Notes: generated from the letters alone by a model not told the origin. A DNA stretch of 64,000 nt from Candidatus Babeliales bacterium (GCA_963762115.1 CAVXJH010000006.1:288001-352000), one strand, 5' to 3'. Numbered from the stretch's first letter, positions 28,293 through 39,064 are shown. Numbers and translations: made by a program.

Positions 28293-30071
28293 ATGAAGCG
28301 GTATGGTACATTAGTTTTTATGGTAATCGCGATTTTTATTACCCAAAGATTTAATGCAGGTGCATTAGGTTTTGAAGGTGTTGAGACATCAACCACGGGA
28401 ACCACGAGCGTGGCAAAACCTTCTGTTGGCGGATGGTTTATGAATCGTCTAAAAGCATATGTCAAAGAAACTGAATTAAAAATCAATGAAACATTGCTTG
28501 ATAATAAAGAAAAAGCTTTTACGGTGCGCAAAGAATTAGATTATTTATATGATCAGTTAGGCGATCCGGCAAAGCGCGCTGAAAATGTCAGAGTTTTAAG
28601 CAGTAGTTTTGTGGATATAAAACAACAATTAGAAAAAGATCTTTTAGCCTTACAGCTTGATAATCAAAAATTGCAACTTTTACAAGAAGAGATGAATGCG
28701 GCAACAACTGAATTGAGAAAATCTCAGGTGCAGCAACAGGTTGAATTATTAAAAAATCAGATCCTGACAATAACTATACCAACCTTAGCAACGAAATTTA
28801 GTGATTATTATGTTGATCTTGATGATAGTGTTAGAAAAAATCCTGTAATTCAACAATTTTCCAAATCAATCATTGATACGATAAATGACATTGGTGTTCA
28901 GTTGCAGGGTAAATATTGGCAGCCCTATGCATTACTTAATGATCAAGAAGTTGCCCGTGCGCAACAAATTGCTTTATTAGATCGCTTATTTAATAAAAAT
29001 TTTGATGCATTCTTAAAGGCATTAAAAGATTTTTCTGGTGATGATCTTAGCGAAGGGCTTATTACCAAGAATTTTATACAAGCTTTGAAAAGTTCAAGTC
29101 ATAAAACTATTGAAAATAATCTGATGCTGTTAAAAAAAGTAAACCTATCTGAATTGTCACATGACGCCTTACTCAACGTGCTTACTTTGCAAGCAATTGC
29201 TTATACTCTTCTTGCGCAAGGATTTAACACAGTTCTTTATGATCCACAAAATATTAAAAAAACGTTACAAAACCTTTCGGAATATGGGCAAGGGGATGCA
29301 TTGCGTGATTTTAAGATTATTCTGAGAAAAACAATAAAAAATGCCGTAATTAATGCAGATACTTTGGAAGGAATTTTACAGCAAGATCTCAAAGAATGGG
29401 TAGAAAAAGCACGATCTGATTCAAAAAAAATGATTATATCGCCCTATTTAGACATGCTTAATGCAAATGAAGGTGCTAATACTAATGAACAAAAATTGCT
29501 TCAATTGGTGCGAGAATTTGATACTGAGCAGAATGAACTAGTGCGTTCAATAGATAACAGAGATAGATTTAAAAAATCCCAAGAAAAGTTGGATGAACTT
29601 GCCAGAAGATTTATTGAAGAAATTAATGCGTCAGATCCTTCTCAGTTAGCATTGATTTTGATGAGTAAAATGCAGCATGCTTATAATCAGCTTATTACGA
29701 CTATTTCCCGACGTGGCAAAGAAACAAAATATGGGGCAAAAATAACTCCTGAGCAAGGCAAAGAATTGGTGCAAGCATTATTGAATGCATTGCAACGATC
29801 AACGCAATTAGGGGTGCTGCGATCAATAATACGCGATTATTTAACCGTGGTTGTTGATGGGCAGGTGATAGTATTGCCTCAGATTAAAAAAGAATATGCC
29901 AATGGGTTAATTGAAAATGAAAAAGTGCCTTCTGATGCGGTGCAAGCAAAACGACTTGCGCTTATTCGTCGTAATAGTGTTCAACTTATGAAAAAAACGA
30001 AAAAAGCTTACGGCGTAGATGATCAATCGTATCCCTATTTTGTGTGGCTTATTAAAGGGTTGGAAAATTAA
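28293..30071 (+). CDS. Secreted coiled-coil protein, tandem family member 1
   Basis: Signal peptide; family motifs DPSQ and LTVVVDGQVIVLPQIK. Confidence 0.8.
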   Translation: MKRYGTLVFMVIAIFITQRFNAGALGFEGVETSTTGTTSVAKPSVGGWFMNRLKAYVKETELKINETLLDNKEKAFTVRKELDYLYDQLGDPAKRAENVRVLSSSFVDIKQQLEKDLLALQLDNQKLQLLQEEMNAATTELRKSQVQQQVELLKNQILTITIPTLATKFSDYYVDLDDSVRKNPVIQQFSKSIIDTINDIGVQLQGKYWQPYALLNDQEVARAQQIALLDRLFNKNFDAFLKALKDFSGDDLSEGLITKNFIQALKSSSHKTIENNLMLLKKVNLSELSHDALLNVLTLQAIAYTLLAQGFNTVLYDPQNIKKTLQNLSEYGQGDALRDFKIILRKTIKNAVINADTLEGILQQDLKEWVEKARSDSKKMIISPYLDMLNANEGANTNEQKLLQLVREFDTEQNELVRSIDNRDRFKKSQEKLDELARRFIEEINASDPSQLALILMSKMQHAYNQLITTISRRGKETKYGAKITPEQGKELVQALLNALQRSTQLGVLRSIIRDYLTVVVDGQVIVLPQIKKEYANGLIENEKVPSDAVQAKRLALIRRNSVQLMKKTKKAYGVDDQSYPYFVWLIKGLEN

Positions 30072-30092
30072 AAAATAGTAGGAGTTGTGGTA

Positions 30093-32243
30093 ATGAAACT
30101 TTTTAAAATGGTATTTGTGCTTTCTCTTTTTTGTTTTTCTTTGAATTCTTTATTTGGTATGCATGAACCAGTAAGAACAGAAGGTCCGACAGAAAGAGAA
30201 ATAGAAAAAGCAAAAATTGATTCTAAAGAAACTGAAATTAAAAATAAAAAAGCAGAAATTGAAGCATTAGAAGCAAAAAAAGAAAAAACAACTGAAGATA
30301 TTCAAAAAGAATATGAAAAAAATATTGAATTAAATCAACTTTTGCGTGAACAAATTAAGGCAGAGATAGATTTTGGCAACCAATTTATTGATGAAAAAAT
30401 TAATGCAGAAAAAAAACAAAAAGAACTGGAAGTAGAAAAAAATAATATTGTCGAAAAAATTAAAGCTTTGAATAGTGAGCTTGCAAAACAAGGAACGAGT
30501 ACTATTCCCGAACCAATTGTCCTTAATATTAGCGATAATCTTACATCTGCAATAGAAAATAGTAAAACAACATCTCCTCGCTGGAAAAAACAATTGGAAG
30601 CAGTATTTAATGAATTTAAGGCAAAGGTGAATGAGCTTCCTGTTATTGGTGATCCAAAAAAAGCATTAGCCGCTCGTGATAAATTGGCTACTATTTATAG
30701 TGAATTAGGTGATGTTGTTAATGAAGCTAAGAATTTAATTGAAGCTGGCAAGCTTGATCGTACTATTAACGAATTAGTAGGTTCGAAAGCTGAGTTAAGA
30801 AGGGCATTTAAAGCTTTTGATATTTATGCCGTTGTTTTGGAACGCATCAATGGAGAAATTATTGCAGCGGGTAATGATCCTGCAGCAAAGAAAATTGCTG
30901 TTGATAAAAAATTACGCGCACAACAACAAGCTTTACAAGAGATTGTTTTGAATAGTGCATTGAGATTTAATAGCACAGTTGAATTTTTGAGATATCCTGA
31001 TTTTGTTGATGCATTAAAAAGTGAAAATTTAAAAAAACAAATTGAAAAAATGGAAGGTGATATTGGAACGTTAATTTATAATGTAACTGAGCAACCAAAT
31101 CCTGAACGTTTTTTAAGAACTAAAGCAGAAAAAGACCTTATAGAACAACAACAAAAATTGAATGTTGATGCATTTTTTACTAATGAGGTAAGACCATTTG
31201 ATCAAATGGTTGAAAGCCTCAAAAATAAAATTATAAAACAAAATTTTCGTGGTATTCCTTTGGATAAAGAATATTCTGCGATAAAAAAATATCTTGATTC
31301 TTTTGAGGGTCTCGATATACAAATGCTTTCAAATAAAGAGTTATTAAATGTTTCTGATTTAATGATTAAAACGTATAGAAAATTAATTGATAGTATTGAT
31401 CAACGTGTTGCGCAAATTAATAAAAGTAAGAGTGATCCTTCTGAGCTTATTGTTATTGATGAACAGTTAAGAGTGTTAAGAGAGAATTTAGAAAGATGGG
31501 AAAATCGTGGTGCGCAAGCAAGAGGTGAACTATTTACACCAAAGCAACGCGATCTTATAAGAAACACTATTGAAAAAATTCAGGGAAATAATAGAGATGC
31601 AAAAACTAATGCACAAGATAAGAATGCTCTATTACCAAAACAGGTTGATAATGCTTATAGTTTAGTGAAAGAAGTTGTTGATAGGATCGATCAAGATGAA
31701 AAATTTGCACAATCAAGTGATAAACTTAATAAACAAACAAAAGAAATACTTGAAACTCTTGATACGTCTGACCCATCACAAGATGCTCTTTTGCTCATTG
31801 ATGGCCTTTTGGATTCGTATAATGAGCTTTTAAAAAATTTAAATGAACTAGCCAAAACTCAAGGACCAACCTTATCAGCAAAAAAAAGAGATTTTTTAGC
31901 GGATGCAATGATAAAAGCACAGAATAAACGTCAAGAGTTGACATGGTTTAAAAATACGTATCAAGATCTTTTGACGGTAATTATTAATGATACATTAGTT
32001 TCTTTAGGTCAAGTAAAGAAAGAGAATGTGAGAGCTTTACGTGAAAATGAAAAAATTCCAACAGATGCAATTCAAGCAGAACAATATATAAATCTACGTA
32101 ACAGTAATAAGAAAAAGCCAGCACCTTTACTCTATGATCAAAACACAAGAACACGTTGGCAGGATATATTATTGGGTAAAGTTGAATCAACATCTGGTGG
32201 TTCTCAAGCATCCGATGATGGCACTGGTGGTTATGATGGTTAA
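30093..32243 (+). CDS. Secreted coiled-coil protein, tandem family member 2
   Basis: Signal ...LFG-MHE; DPSQ, LTVIINDTLVSLGQVK, ENEKIPTDAIQA; acidic tail. Confidence 0.8.
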   Translation: MKLFKMVFVLSLFCFSLNSLFGMHEPVRTEGPTEREIEKAKIDSKETEIKNKKAEIEALEAKKEKTTEDIQKEYEKNIELNQLLREQIKAEIDFGNQFIDEKINAEKKQKELEVEKNNIVEKIKALNSELAKQGTSTIPEPIVLNISDNLTSAIENSKTTSPRWKKQLEAVFNEFKAKVNELPVIGDPKKALAARDKLATIYSELGDVVNEAKNLIEAGKLDRTINELVGSKAELRRAFKAFDIYAVVLERINGEIIAAGNDPAAKKIAVDKKLRAQQQALQEIVLNSALRFNSTVEFLRYPDFVDALKSENLKKQIEKMEGDIGTLIYNVTEQPNPERFLRTKAEKDLIEQQQKLNVDAFFTNEVRPFDQMVESLKNKIIKQNFRGIPLDKEYSAIKKYLDSFEGLDIQMLSNKELLNVSDLMIKTYRKLIDSIDQRVAQINKSKSDPSELIVIDEQLRVLRENLERWENRGAQARGELFTPKQRDLIRNTIEKIQGNNRDAKTNAQDKNALLPKQVDNAYSLVKEVVDRIDQDEKFAQSSDKLNKQTKEILETLDTSDPSQDALLLIDGLLDSYNELLKNLNELAKTQGPTLSAKKRDFLADAMIKAQNKRQELTWFKNTYQDLLTVIINDTLVSLGQVKKENVRALRENEKIPTDAIQAEQYINLRNSNKKKPAPLLYDQNTRTRWQDILLGKVESTSGGSQASDDGTGGYDG

Positions 32244-32266
32244 GGGTTAGTGATAAGGGAAATAGT

Positions 32267-34507
32267 ATGAAAGCCATAAAATATTTTTTTTTCTTATTGG
32301 TAAGTTGCTTCATTATCTTGCCATCATTTGCTGGCGTTCGTGAATTGCCAAAAACTGAAGAAATAGCTCGTGAAGAATTAAAAAAAACCGTGAAAGAAAC
32401 TTTAGCTAAGCAACAAGAAATTATAAAAAAAGAACAAGAAATTGAAGAAAAGAAGAAAAATCGTGATGAAGTAGGGCAAAAAAAGGCTGAAGAGCAATTG
32501 ATTGTACTTGATAGAGAAATGCAAAATGCGCTTGATGCAAAAATTAAGGCCGCAAATGATGTGTTACATTTTAAGCCTGAAGATGGAACGGCAATTGGAG
32601 TAAAAGAAACAGCCGCAGAAACAAAAAAAATAATAGAAACTCAAATAAAAAAACTTGCGCAACAATTAAAATCAGAAGGTACATCAACGGTTACGCCAAC
32701 TCAAGATAAGAATGCATCTTTGGGTGAACGAGTGAGTAAAAATTTGCAAATATGGCGTGATACGATATTGGCAAAAGTGTATGAATCATTGGGTAATTAT
32801 GAAAAAGCGAGTAAATTGCGAAGTGATTTATCGAAATTATATGAAGAATTAACCCAACCTTTGAAACAACAAGAACAACAAGAAAATTTGTTAGCATTGG
32901 ATTATCGCATTTCGAAAATAGGAAAACAACTTCCTCAAAGAATTCAAAATAGTATTGTTGGGTTGCAACGTTATCTGAAAACATTAGAAGAAATTAATAA
33001 TACAGAAAAAGAGACTTTAAATGACCTTAAAAGGCCTGATGATCGCGAAAGGGCAAAAAAACTGTCGCAACAATTACGTGATACCGCATTAAAGATGGTA
33101 GATATTGAGAGCATAGCGGTAATAACATTAGAATTGAATGAGCAACTTAATAATTTAAATTTGGAAAAAGTGGCAAAAAAAGCTGGTGTAAAAAAAGAAG
33201 ATATTTCTAAATATTTAATTGATATAAGAACAGAGCTTGAAAATATTTCTAAGAAAATTGAGCTTAATAAAGAAGGTTTTAAGCCGCGGAGTGAGCAAGA
33301 AAGAAATCTAGATGCGATGGCAGAACAAAAAATAATTGATGCATTTTTATCACCGGTAAAACGCAAAATATTTGATGAGCTTTTTAATAAGCTTTTAGGT
33401 GTTGATGGAGCATTGAATAAGAATTTACCGAAAGCTGAAAATAGTGCTGAATTTAAAGAATTGATTACTTCTTTGGAGGCATTGGAAAAGCTTGATTATA
33501 CCCTTTTATCTGATGTTAGCGCGCAAGAAGTAACTTCTTTACTATTTTCTACCTATAGTTCTTTGCAAAAAGCCTATTCTAATTTTATTGCAAGTTCTGC
33601 CTATGCGCAACTTCAGGATTCGGCTAAAACGAAATTAAGGGGTAAGCGAATAACATTGAACAAAAAAGTTGAAAAAGCTTTGCGACAACAAGCAGAATTG
33701 CAAGAAACGAGAAGTATCAGATCATTTAATGCAGAAGGACAAAAAAAATATCAAGAAATCTTTGAAAAAAATCAGAATGCAAGGATTATAGATTCAGCAA
33801 AATTAGAAGCGATAGAAACTTCAATTGGCTATGATAAGGTACGTCTTGAAAAAATGTTTGAAGATTTAACCTCAGTCGGCATTGCAAAAAATATCGATGA
33901 TTTGGTAAAAATATTGGATGAAAAACTTGAAAATGTACTTATCGATATTTCAAGTGCAGATCCATCAACTCGTTCATTAGAATCATTAAGTAGAATTTTT
34001 ACCGCTTTAAACGATTTGAGTAATCAAGTTGTTTTTGCATATCGAACAATAAATAATCTTTCTCCTGAAGCAAAAATGGCCGTATTAAAATTGTATTTAA
34101 TAGTAGATAATCGCTCAGAACAATTTTCAATGCAGATTGCTCGAGATCTTAGTGCATTAACAACGATAATTCCTGCCATTGAAGGTGGGGCTGTTCAAGT
34201 TCAGGTGCCTCAAGTTAAAAGAGCGCAGATAAAAACGCTACGTGAAATACCAAGTGATGCTCCTGATACTCTTATACAAGAAGTGGGAAAACTGTGGATC
34301 GCTGGACAAAATATTGATGCTATAACAAGAAATAATGAACAAAATAAATATATAGCCAAGATTAAAGCAGTTGATGTACAGCCTTCAGAAGAAAATAAAT
34401 GGTTAGTATTTCTTGGTGAAGCAGTTATTGGGCCAAAAGTACAATCTAGGGGAATTGATCAAGCTGCTGGGGGAGAAATTGGTGGTGATGAAAATTATGA
34501 TTATTAA
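32267..34507 (+). CDS. Secreted coiled-coil protein, tandem family member 3
   Basis: Signal peptide; ADPS, VPQVK; 5' region nearly identical to 34533; acidic tail GGDENYDY. Confidence 0.8.
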   Translation: MKAIKYFFFLLVSCFIILPSFAGVRELPKTEEIAREELKKTVKETLAKQQEIIKKEQEIEEKKKNRDEVGQKKAEEQLIVLDREMQNALDAKIKAANDVLHFKPEDGTAIGVKETAAETKKIIETQIKKLAQQLKSEGTSTVTPTQDKNASLGERVSKNLQIWRDTILAKVYESLGNYEKASKLRSDLSKLYEELTQPLKQQEQQENLLALDYRISKIGKQLPQRIQNSIVGLQRYLKTLEEINNTEKETLNDLKRPDDRERAKKLSQQLRDTALKMVDIESIAVITLELNEQLNNLNLEKVAKKAGVKKEDISKYLIDIRTELENISKKIELNKEGFKPRSEQERNLDAMAEQKIIDAFLSPVKRKIFDELFNKLLGVDGALNKNLPKAENSAEFKELITSLEALEKLDYTLLSDVSAQEVTSLLFSTYSSLQKAYSNFIASSAYAQLQDSAKTKLRGKRITLNKKVEKALRQQAELQETRSIRSFNAEGQKKYQEIFEKNQNARIIDSAKLEAIETSIGYDKVRLEKMFEDLTSVGIAKNIDDLVKILDEKLENVLIDISSADPSTRSLESLSRIFTALNDLSNQVVFAYRTINNLSPEAKMAVLKLYLIVDNRSEQFSMQIARDLSALTTIIPAIEGGAVQVQVPQVKRAQIKTLREIPSDAPDTLIQEVGKLWIAGQNIDAITRNNEQNKYIAKIKAVDVQPSEENKWLVFLGEAVIGPKVQSRGIDQAAGGEIGGDENYDY

Positions 34508-34532
34508 AGTTTGGTAATAAAAAGGAAATAGT

Positions 34533-36764
34533 ATGAAAGCCATAAAATATTTTTTTTTCTTATTGTTAGGTTGTGTCATTATCTTGCCATCATTTGCTGG
34601 CGTTCGTGAATTGCAAAAAACTGAAGAAGTAGCTCGTGAAGAATTAAAAAAAACAATGAAAGAAACTTCAGCTAAGCAAGAAGAAATTAGAAAAAAAGAA
34701 CAAGAAATTGAAAAAAATAAAGAAATGGGCAAAGAAGAAGAACAAAAAATAGCTGAAAAAGAACTTATTTCGCTTGATAAGGAAATGAGAGATTTGCTTG
34801 ATGCAAAAATCAAAGCTGCTGATAGGGTGCTTGATTTTGATTATAAAGATGAAACCGCAAAAAAAAGTAAAAAAGATGCTGAAATTACTAAAAAATATCT
34901 TGAATCACAAATAAAAGAGCTTTCAGCAGCGTTAGTTTCAGAAGGAACAACAATTACTCCTGCAAAAGAAGAGATAATTAATTTGTCTTTAGGTGAACGG
35001 TTGAGTAAAAATTTGCAAGTATGGCGCGATACAACGCTTGCTAAAGTTCATGAGTCATTGGGTAACTATGAGAAGGCAAAACAATTGCGTGATAACTTAG
35101 TGACTTTATATGCAGAACTTAATAAACCTTTGAAAGCTGAACAAAATCTGTTGGCAGTAGATCGACTTACTCTTAAATTGGGCGAAATTCCAAAAAGACT
35201 TTCGGAGAATGCTGAGACTCTTATGCATTATCTTGAACGGTTAAATCAAATTGAGATATCAAAAAATAAGAGAATTAAGCTTAAACCAGAAAATAGAAAA
35301 GCAATTGAGGCGGAAGCCCAACGTGCTCGTGATCGATTGTTGAAGCCAGAAGAAATAAGTCAAATTTTTGAAACGACATTGGCGTTACATGATGCTTTAG
35401 CCAATGATGTATTGATGAGAGATGTTGAAAAAGCAAAATTAGAACCTATAGAAAAAGTTCTTGCAACTATTTTAATGATGTTAGATGCATCTAATGCGAA
35501 ATTTAACCCAAGAACAAATGCTGAACGAGTTGCTGATGCAAAAAAACAGGATGTAGTCGTAAAAGAAGTAATGGCCCCAGCACAAATTAAGCAAAGTCTT
35601 GGTGAACCGCTTTCAAGACTAGCGGGTGACAATAAAGCAACAACGATTAAAACGGATCCATTTAAAGCACAAGCAAGCAAAGAATATAAAGATCTTATGA
35701 AGTATGTAGGCAAGTTGGAAGGCATTGATAGAACGTTGTTAAAACCAGAACAACAGCTTGAACTTGCGGCTGTTGTAAAAAATGTGTATGAAAAATTATC
35801 GGAGCAGTATGGGGCATTTTTGGGTGATATCGCTGATTTTAACAAAAGATTTACGCCAGAACAACGAGATGCATTAATCAACACACTCGTTGCTGTTAAT
35901 GGAAAAAAAGAATTATGGAACAATGTTTTGGAAGAAGCCATTCAGGGAGAAAAACTATTTGCAAATGAGAAGAATTTTTTAGAATATCAAAAAAAATATA
36001 ATGCTCTTGGCACAAAAAACAGCAAGGCAAGAGTGGTTAGTGTAGCACGATTAAATGCCGCTGAAATTGCACTAGGCGGCTATAAAAAAAATATTGAAAA
36101 TTTATTAGAAGTGATTACAACACAACAAGATGCACCAGCAAAAATTGATAGTGAATCAAATAAACTAGATCAAAAAATAGAGGAAACGTTATCTGAGGTC
36201 GCAAAAGCTGATCCTTCAGCGCAATCTGTTGAAACATTAAGAAGAATAGTAACTGCTTCAAGTGATCTAATTGGTGAAGTTACCACTGTTTTGAATACAG
36301 CTAATCTTTCACCCGAAGCAGAAACTGCTTTAGTAAAAATAGAGTTAAAAGCAATTATCAGAAATGATCAGGCTTCGTCTGAATTAGCGCGAGACCAAGG
36401 TTCATTAACAACAGTAATTGAAAATAGATTGATTGAATTACCGCAAGTTGAGAGAGCAAATGTTGCTGAATTGCATAGCATGCCAACACCACCGCCACCA
36501 CCATCCGTTGTTCAAATACTTAATGATGCAAACGTTGCCAGTAAAAAACCAGCAAATTTTGGAAAAGGTAACTCTTTGGCAACTGATATAGGTAATGTCA
36601 CTTTGAAAAAAGTAGAAACGCAACCGGGGAAGCAACCGCCTGTCGAAGATTTTGTGAGTTCTTTGCAACAAGCCATAAAAAAAAGAAGAGAAGCGATTGT
36701 TCTTGAAGGAGAGACTCCTGAAGGCACGAGTAGTGAAGATGATGAGAATGGAACATGGGATTAA
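34533..36764 (+). CDS. Secreted coiled-coil protein, member 4, with C-terminal polyPro-WH2-central-acidic (VCA-like) module
   Basis: PTPPPPPS; SLATDIGNVTLKKV; FVSSLQQAIKKRREAI; SSEDDENGTWD-stop. Confidence 0.8.
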   Translation: MKAIKYFFFLLLGCVIILPSFAGVRELQKTEEVAREELKKTMKETSAKQEEIRKKEQEIEKNKEMGKEEEQKIAEKELISLDKEMRDLLDAKIKAADRVLDFDYKDETAKKSKKDAEITKKYLESQIKELSAALVSEGTTITPAKEEIINLSLGERLSKNLQVWRDTTLAKVHESLGNYEKAKQLRDNLVTLYAELNKPLKAEQNLLAVDRLTLKLGEIPKRLSENAETLMHYLERLNQIEISKNKRIKLKPENRKAIEAEAQRARDRLLKPEEISQIFETTLALHDALANDVLMRDVEKAKLEPIEKVLATILMMLDASNAKFNPRTNAERVADAKKQDVVVKEVMAPAQIKQSLGEPLSRLAGDNKATTIKTDPFKAQASKEYKDLMKYVGKLEGIDRTLLKPEQQLELAAVVKNVYEKLSEQYGAFLGDIADFNKRFTPEQRDALINTLVAVNGKKELWNNVLEEAIQGEKLFANEKNFLEYQKKYNALGTKNSKARVVSVARLNAAEIALGGYKKNIENLLEVITTQQDAPAKIDSESNKLDQKIEETLSEVAKADPSAQSVETLRRIVTASSDLIGEVTTVLNTANLSPEAETALVKIELKAIIRNDQASSELARDQGSLTTVIENRLIELPQVERANVAELHSMPTPPPPPSVVQILNDANVASKKPANFGKGNSLATDIGNVTLKKVETQPGKQPPVEDFVSSLQQAIKKRREAIVLEGETPEGTSSEDDENGTWD

Positions 36765-37675
36765 GCCTTAATCGTAGTTTTTTTAACTGATGCATTTTGG
36801 CTAATTTCATCATGATAAAATAACGAGAGTCCTATAAAAACGGTGATTGTGGCCATTAAAAAATCAAAGGTAAGTTGTTCGGCCATAAAAAGCCACCCAT
36901 AGAGTGCAGCAAATAAGGGCGACATAAAGCTGGCAAATGACATCATAGTGGGGGTGAATTTCTTTAAAAGAGTGCCATATAAGTTGTGGCAAATAAGGTT
37001 GCTGACAATAACAATAATGATTAATAAGGTTAAGAATGGTAAAAGATCAGTGATCAACAGTGTGGGATTCTCGGTGAAGTATGAGGTGCCAAGAGCAAAT
37101 AATCCACCAAAAAACATGCTAACACCATTAACAAAGCTTGGTTCATACTGATGATTATTAATTAAACGATGAATAACTAGCCAACCATAACTCATTGAAC
37201 TTACTGAAATTAAAAGGGCAAGCTCTGGCATAAAAAATGCGGTATTTAACCCTGTATATGTTGTTGATGATTTGCCAATAATGGGTAATAAGCCACAAAA
37301 ACCTATTAAAAGTCCAATGCATTTTTTGGGAGTGATTTTTTCATTACAAAATATATAGGAAAGTGTATAGGAAATAAAAGGGCCAAAATTATAGAGAAGA
37401 CAAGCTTTACTTGACGATAAATAGAGCAAGCCCCAATAGCGTAAAATGTAGGGAATATAAATGGTAAAAAGCATAGCTTGCACAAAAAGCCAAAAATCAT
37501 CTCTTTTCACTTTAAAATTGGTACGATTTGTATAGGCATGATAAAGCAGTAAAATACTACCGGCAATTGACATGCGCATACCGACTAAAAAAATGGGCTG
37601 TGTATAAGAAAGTAAGACCTTTCCTAAAGAAAAGGTTGCAGCAAGAAGTGCATATAAAATAACCAATAAATACAT
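36761..37675 (-). CDS. DMT/EamA-family transporter
   Basis: About 10 hydrophobic segments; PIFLVGMRMSIAG, EKIT..K.IG, SPLFAALYGWLFMAE. Confidence 0.9.
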   Translation of the reverse strand: MYLLVILYALLAATFSLGKVLLSYTQPIFLVGMRMSIAGSILLLYHAYTNRTNFKVKRDDFWLFVQAMLFTIYIPYILRYWGLLYLSSSKACLLYNFGPFISYTLSYIFCNEKITPKKCIGLLIGFCGLLPIIGKSSTTYTGLNTAFFMPELALLISVSSMSYGWLVIHRLINNHQYEPSFVNGVSMFFGGLFALGTSYFTENPTLLITDLLPFLTLLIIIVIVSNLICHNLYGTLLKKFTPTMMSFASFMSPLFAALYGWLFMAEQLTFDFLMATITVFIGLSLFYHDEISQNASVKKTTIKA

Positions 37676-37747
37676 AATCTCTTCTTTTTCTGATGGAATT
37701 AATACTTATTTATGGAGTTAAGTTTATACATTTATTGAATATTTGTC

Positions 37748-37784
37748 AAAAAATCCGAGGATTATTGGTCCTCGGATTTTTTTT
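37748..37784. terminator. Intrinsic terminator (bidirectional appearance)
   Basis: AAAAATCCGAGGA-ttattgg-TCCTCGGATTTTTTT just downstream of the minus-strand gene ending at 37790. Confidence 0.8.
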
Positions 37785-37789
37785 ATATG

Positions 37790-38365
37790 CTAGAAAACAG
37801 GTGATGAATATTTGAGAGATAAGTGTACTGCGTAGTTAACATCAGCAGATATGTTTTTAAGTCTACTGCTTAAAGTGCTGTTTTTAGTGGTGCTCATTTC
37901 TTGACATGCTTTACCATAAAGATATCGTATGCAATTTTTACGCAAGGTATTCAAATTCATGTATTCTGGGTTGCAAGGTGGGTTGTTTTGAAAACTGTGT
38001 GCACAATATTGATCAACCTGTTCACCATAAAAATCCAGGCATGCTGCGCGCACAAAATCAAAAGCATAGTTCAAGAGTTCGGCATTGTTGCGAAATGGTT
38101 TTTCTGCGTGGCGATATTCAATATCCTGAAGAATTGCTGGAATACGGCTATGCTTTAATGTTGTTATTGCATGAGCAAGTGGCTGGGTTTGCAAATCAGG
38201 GCCGCACAAGCGATCGAATTCATTAAGCAGTGCTGTTGAAATATCGGGTAATGCTTCTTGTGATTGTTTAGGTGTTGAGAGCCACCACCAAACTGCCGAT
38301 GATTCATATACTGAAAAAAGAGTTAAGCATGATAAAAATAATGCTATTTTACATTTATGTAACAT
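37790..38365 (-). CDS. Secreted hypothetical protein (family with 39731 and the N-terminal part of 40336)
   Basis: Signal peptide; HAEKPFRNNAELLNYA resembles HKNAPFKNQVEAKQYA; NPEYMNLNTLRK resembles NPYFNIEQLKR. Confidence 0.7.
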   Translation of the reverse strand: MLHKCKIALFLSCLTLFSVYESSAVWWWLSTPKQSQEALPDISTALLNEFDRLCGPDLQTQPLAHAITTLKHSRIPAILQDIEYRHAEKPFRNNAELLNYAFDFVRAACLDFYGEQVDQYCAHSFQNNPPCNPEYMNLNTLRKNCIRYLYGKACQEMSTTKNSTLSSRLKNISADVNYAVHLSLKYSSPVF

Positions 38366-38446
38366 TGTGTAACCTCCGACTTTAAAATTATTTATTTCAA
38401 TGTAACACTATGAGCATAGCATATCGATTATATCCTGTCGAAAGCC

Positions 38447-39064
38447 TTATTTTTTTCTCAGCCTTCTTTGTTTTGTCGGAGTATGTCTTCCTGGTATTTT
38501 CATATGTTCTACATAATCTTCTTCTGTTAATAGTTTTTGGCAACATATTTTAAATGCCTGATGACGATCTTTTAAATGATGCATAACGCGACTAGGTCTT
38601 GAAAAACTTTTTCTGCAGTTAGGCTTGGGACAATAAAATTTGTTAGGGGCTACATTATGGTATTTCTTAATATGGGTGAATAGTGTTGGATAAGAAGAAA
38701 AATCTTCGCATAAACAGCTACAGCGAGTTTCTTGTGTTATGGCATTAGAACTTAAATCGCGAGATTGATTATCTAAAATTATAAGATTTTGTGGCGGTGT
38801 TTCTTTCAAATATGATTCAATAAGTGGTCTCTGGGAAAGAATTTGTATGGTGAATAATATTCTTTCATAGAACAAGAATTGTTCATTTGTTATCGGTGTT
38901 GCGAGTCTGGACAAGATTTGTTCATTGGTGATCGGTATCACGAGCTTGAAAGGTTTGGGCTTGATTATTTGTGGATGATTGTTTTCTTCCATGCCAAAAA
39001 TATAAGTATTCAATGTTAGTAGCATTACCCATAATGGCAGGTAAATAAGTTTTTGATTATTCAT
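38447..39064 (-). CDS. Secreted C2H2 zinc-finger protein with basic C-terminal tail
   Basis: Signal ...IFG-MEE; CSCLC...HIKKYH; CPKPNCRKSFSRPSRVMHHLKDRH; KQRRLRKK. Confidence 0.8.
   Translation of the reverse strand: MNNQKLIYLPLWVMLLTLNTYIFGMEENNHPQIIKPKPFKLVIPITNEQILSRLATPITNEQFLFYERILFTIQILSQRPLIESYLKETPPQNLIILDNQSRDLSSNAITQETRCSCLCEDFSSYPTLFTHIKKYHNVAPNKFYCPKPNCRKSFSRPSRVMHHLKDRHQAFKICCQKLLTEEDYVEHMKIPGRHTPTKQRRLRKK

Noticed and set aside
35360..35941. Long antisense ORFs within large genes (also 42273-42647, 32971-33366 and others)
   Set aside because: They are shadows of opposite-strand coding sequence, with no RBS or recognisable motifs.
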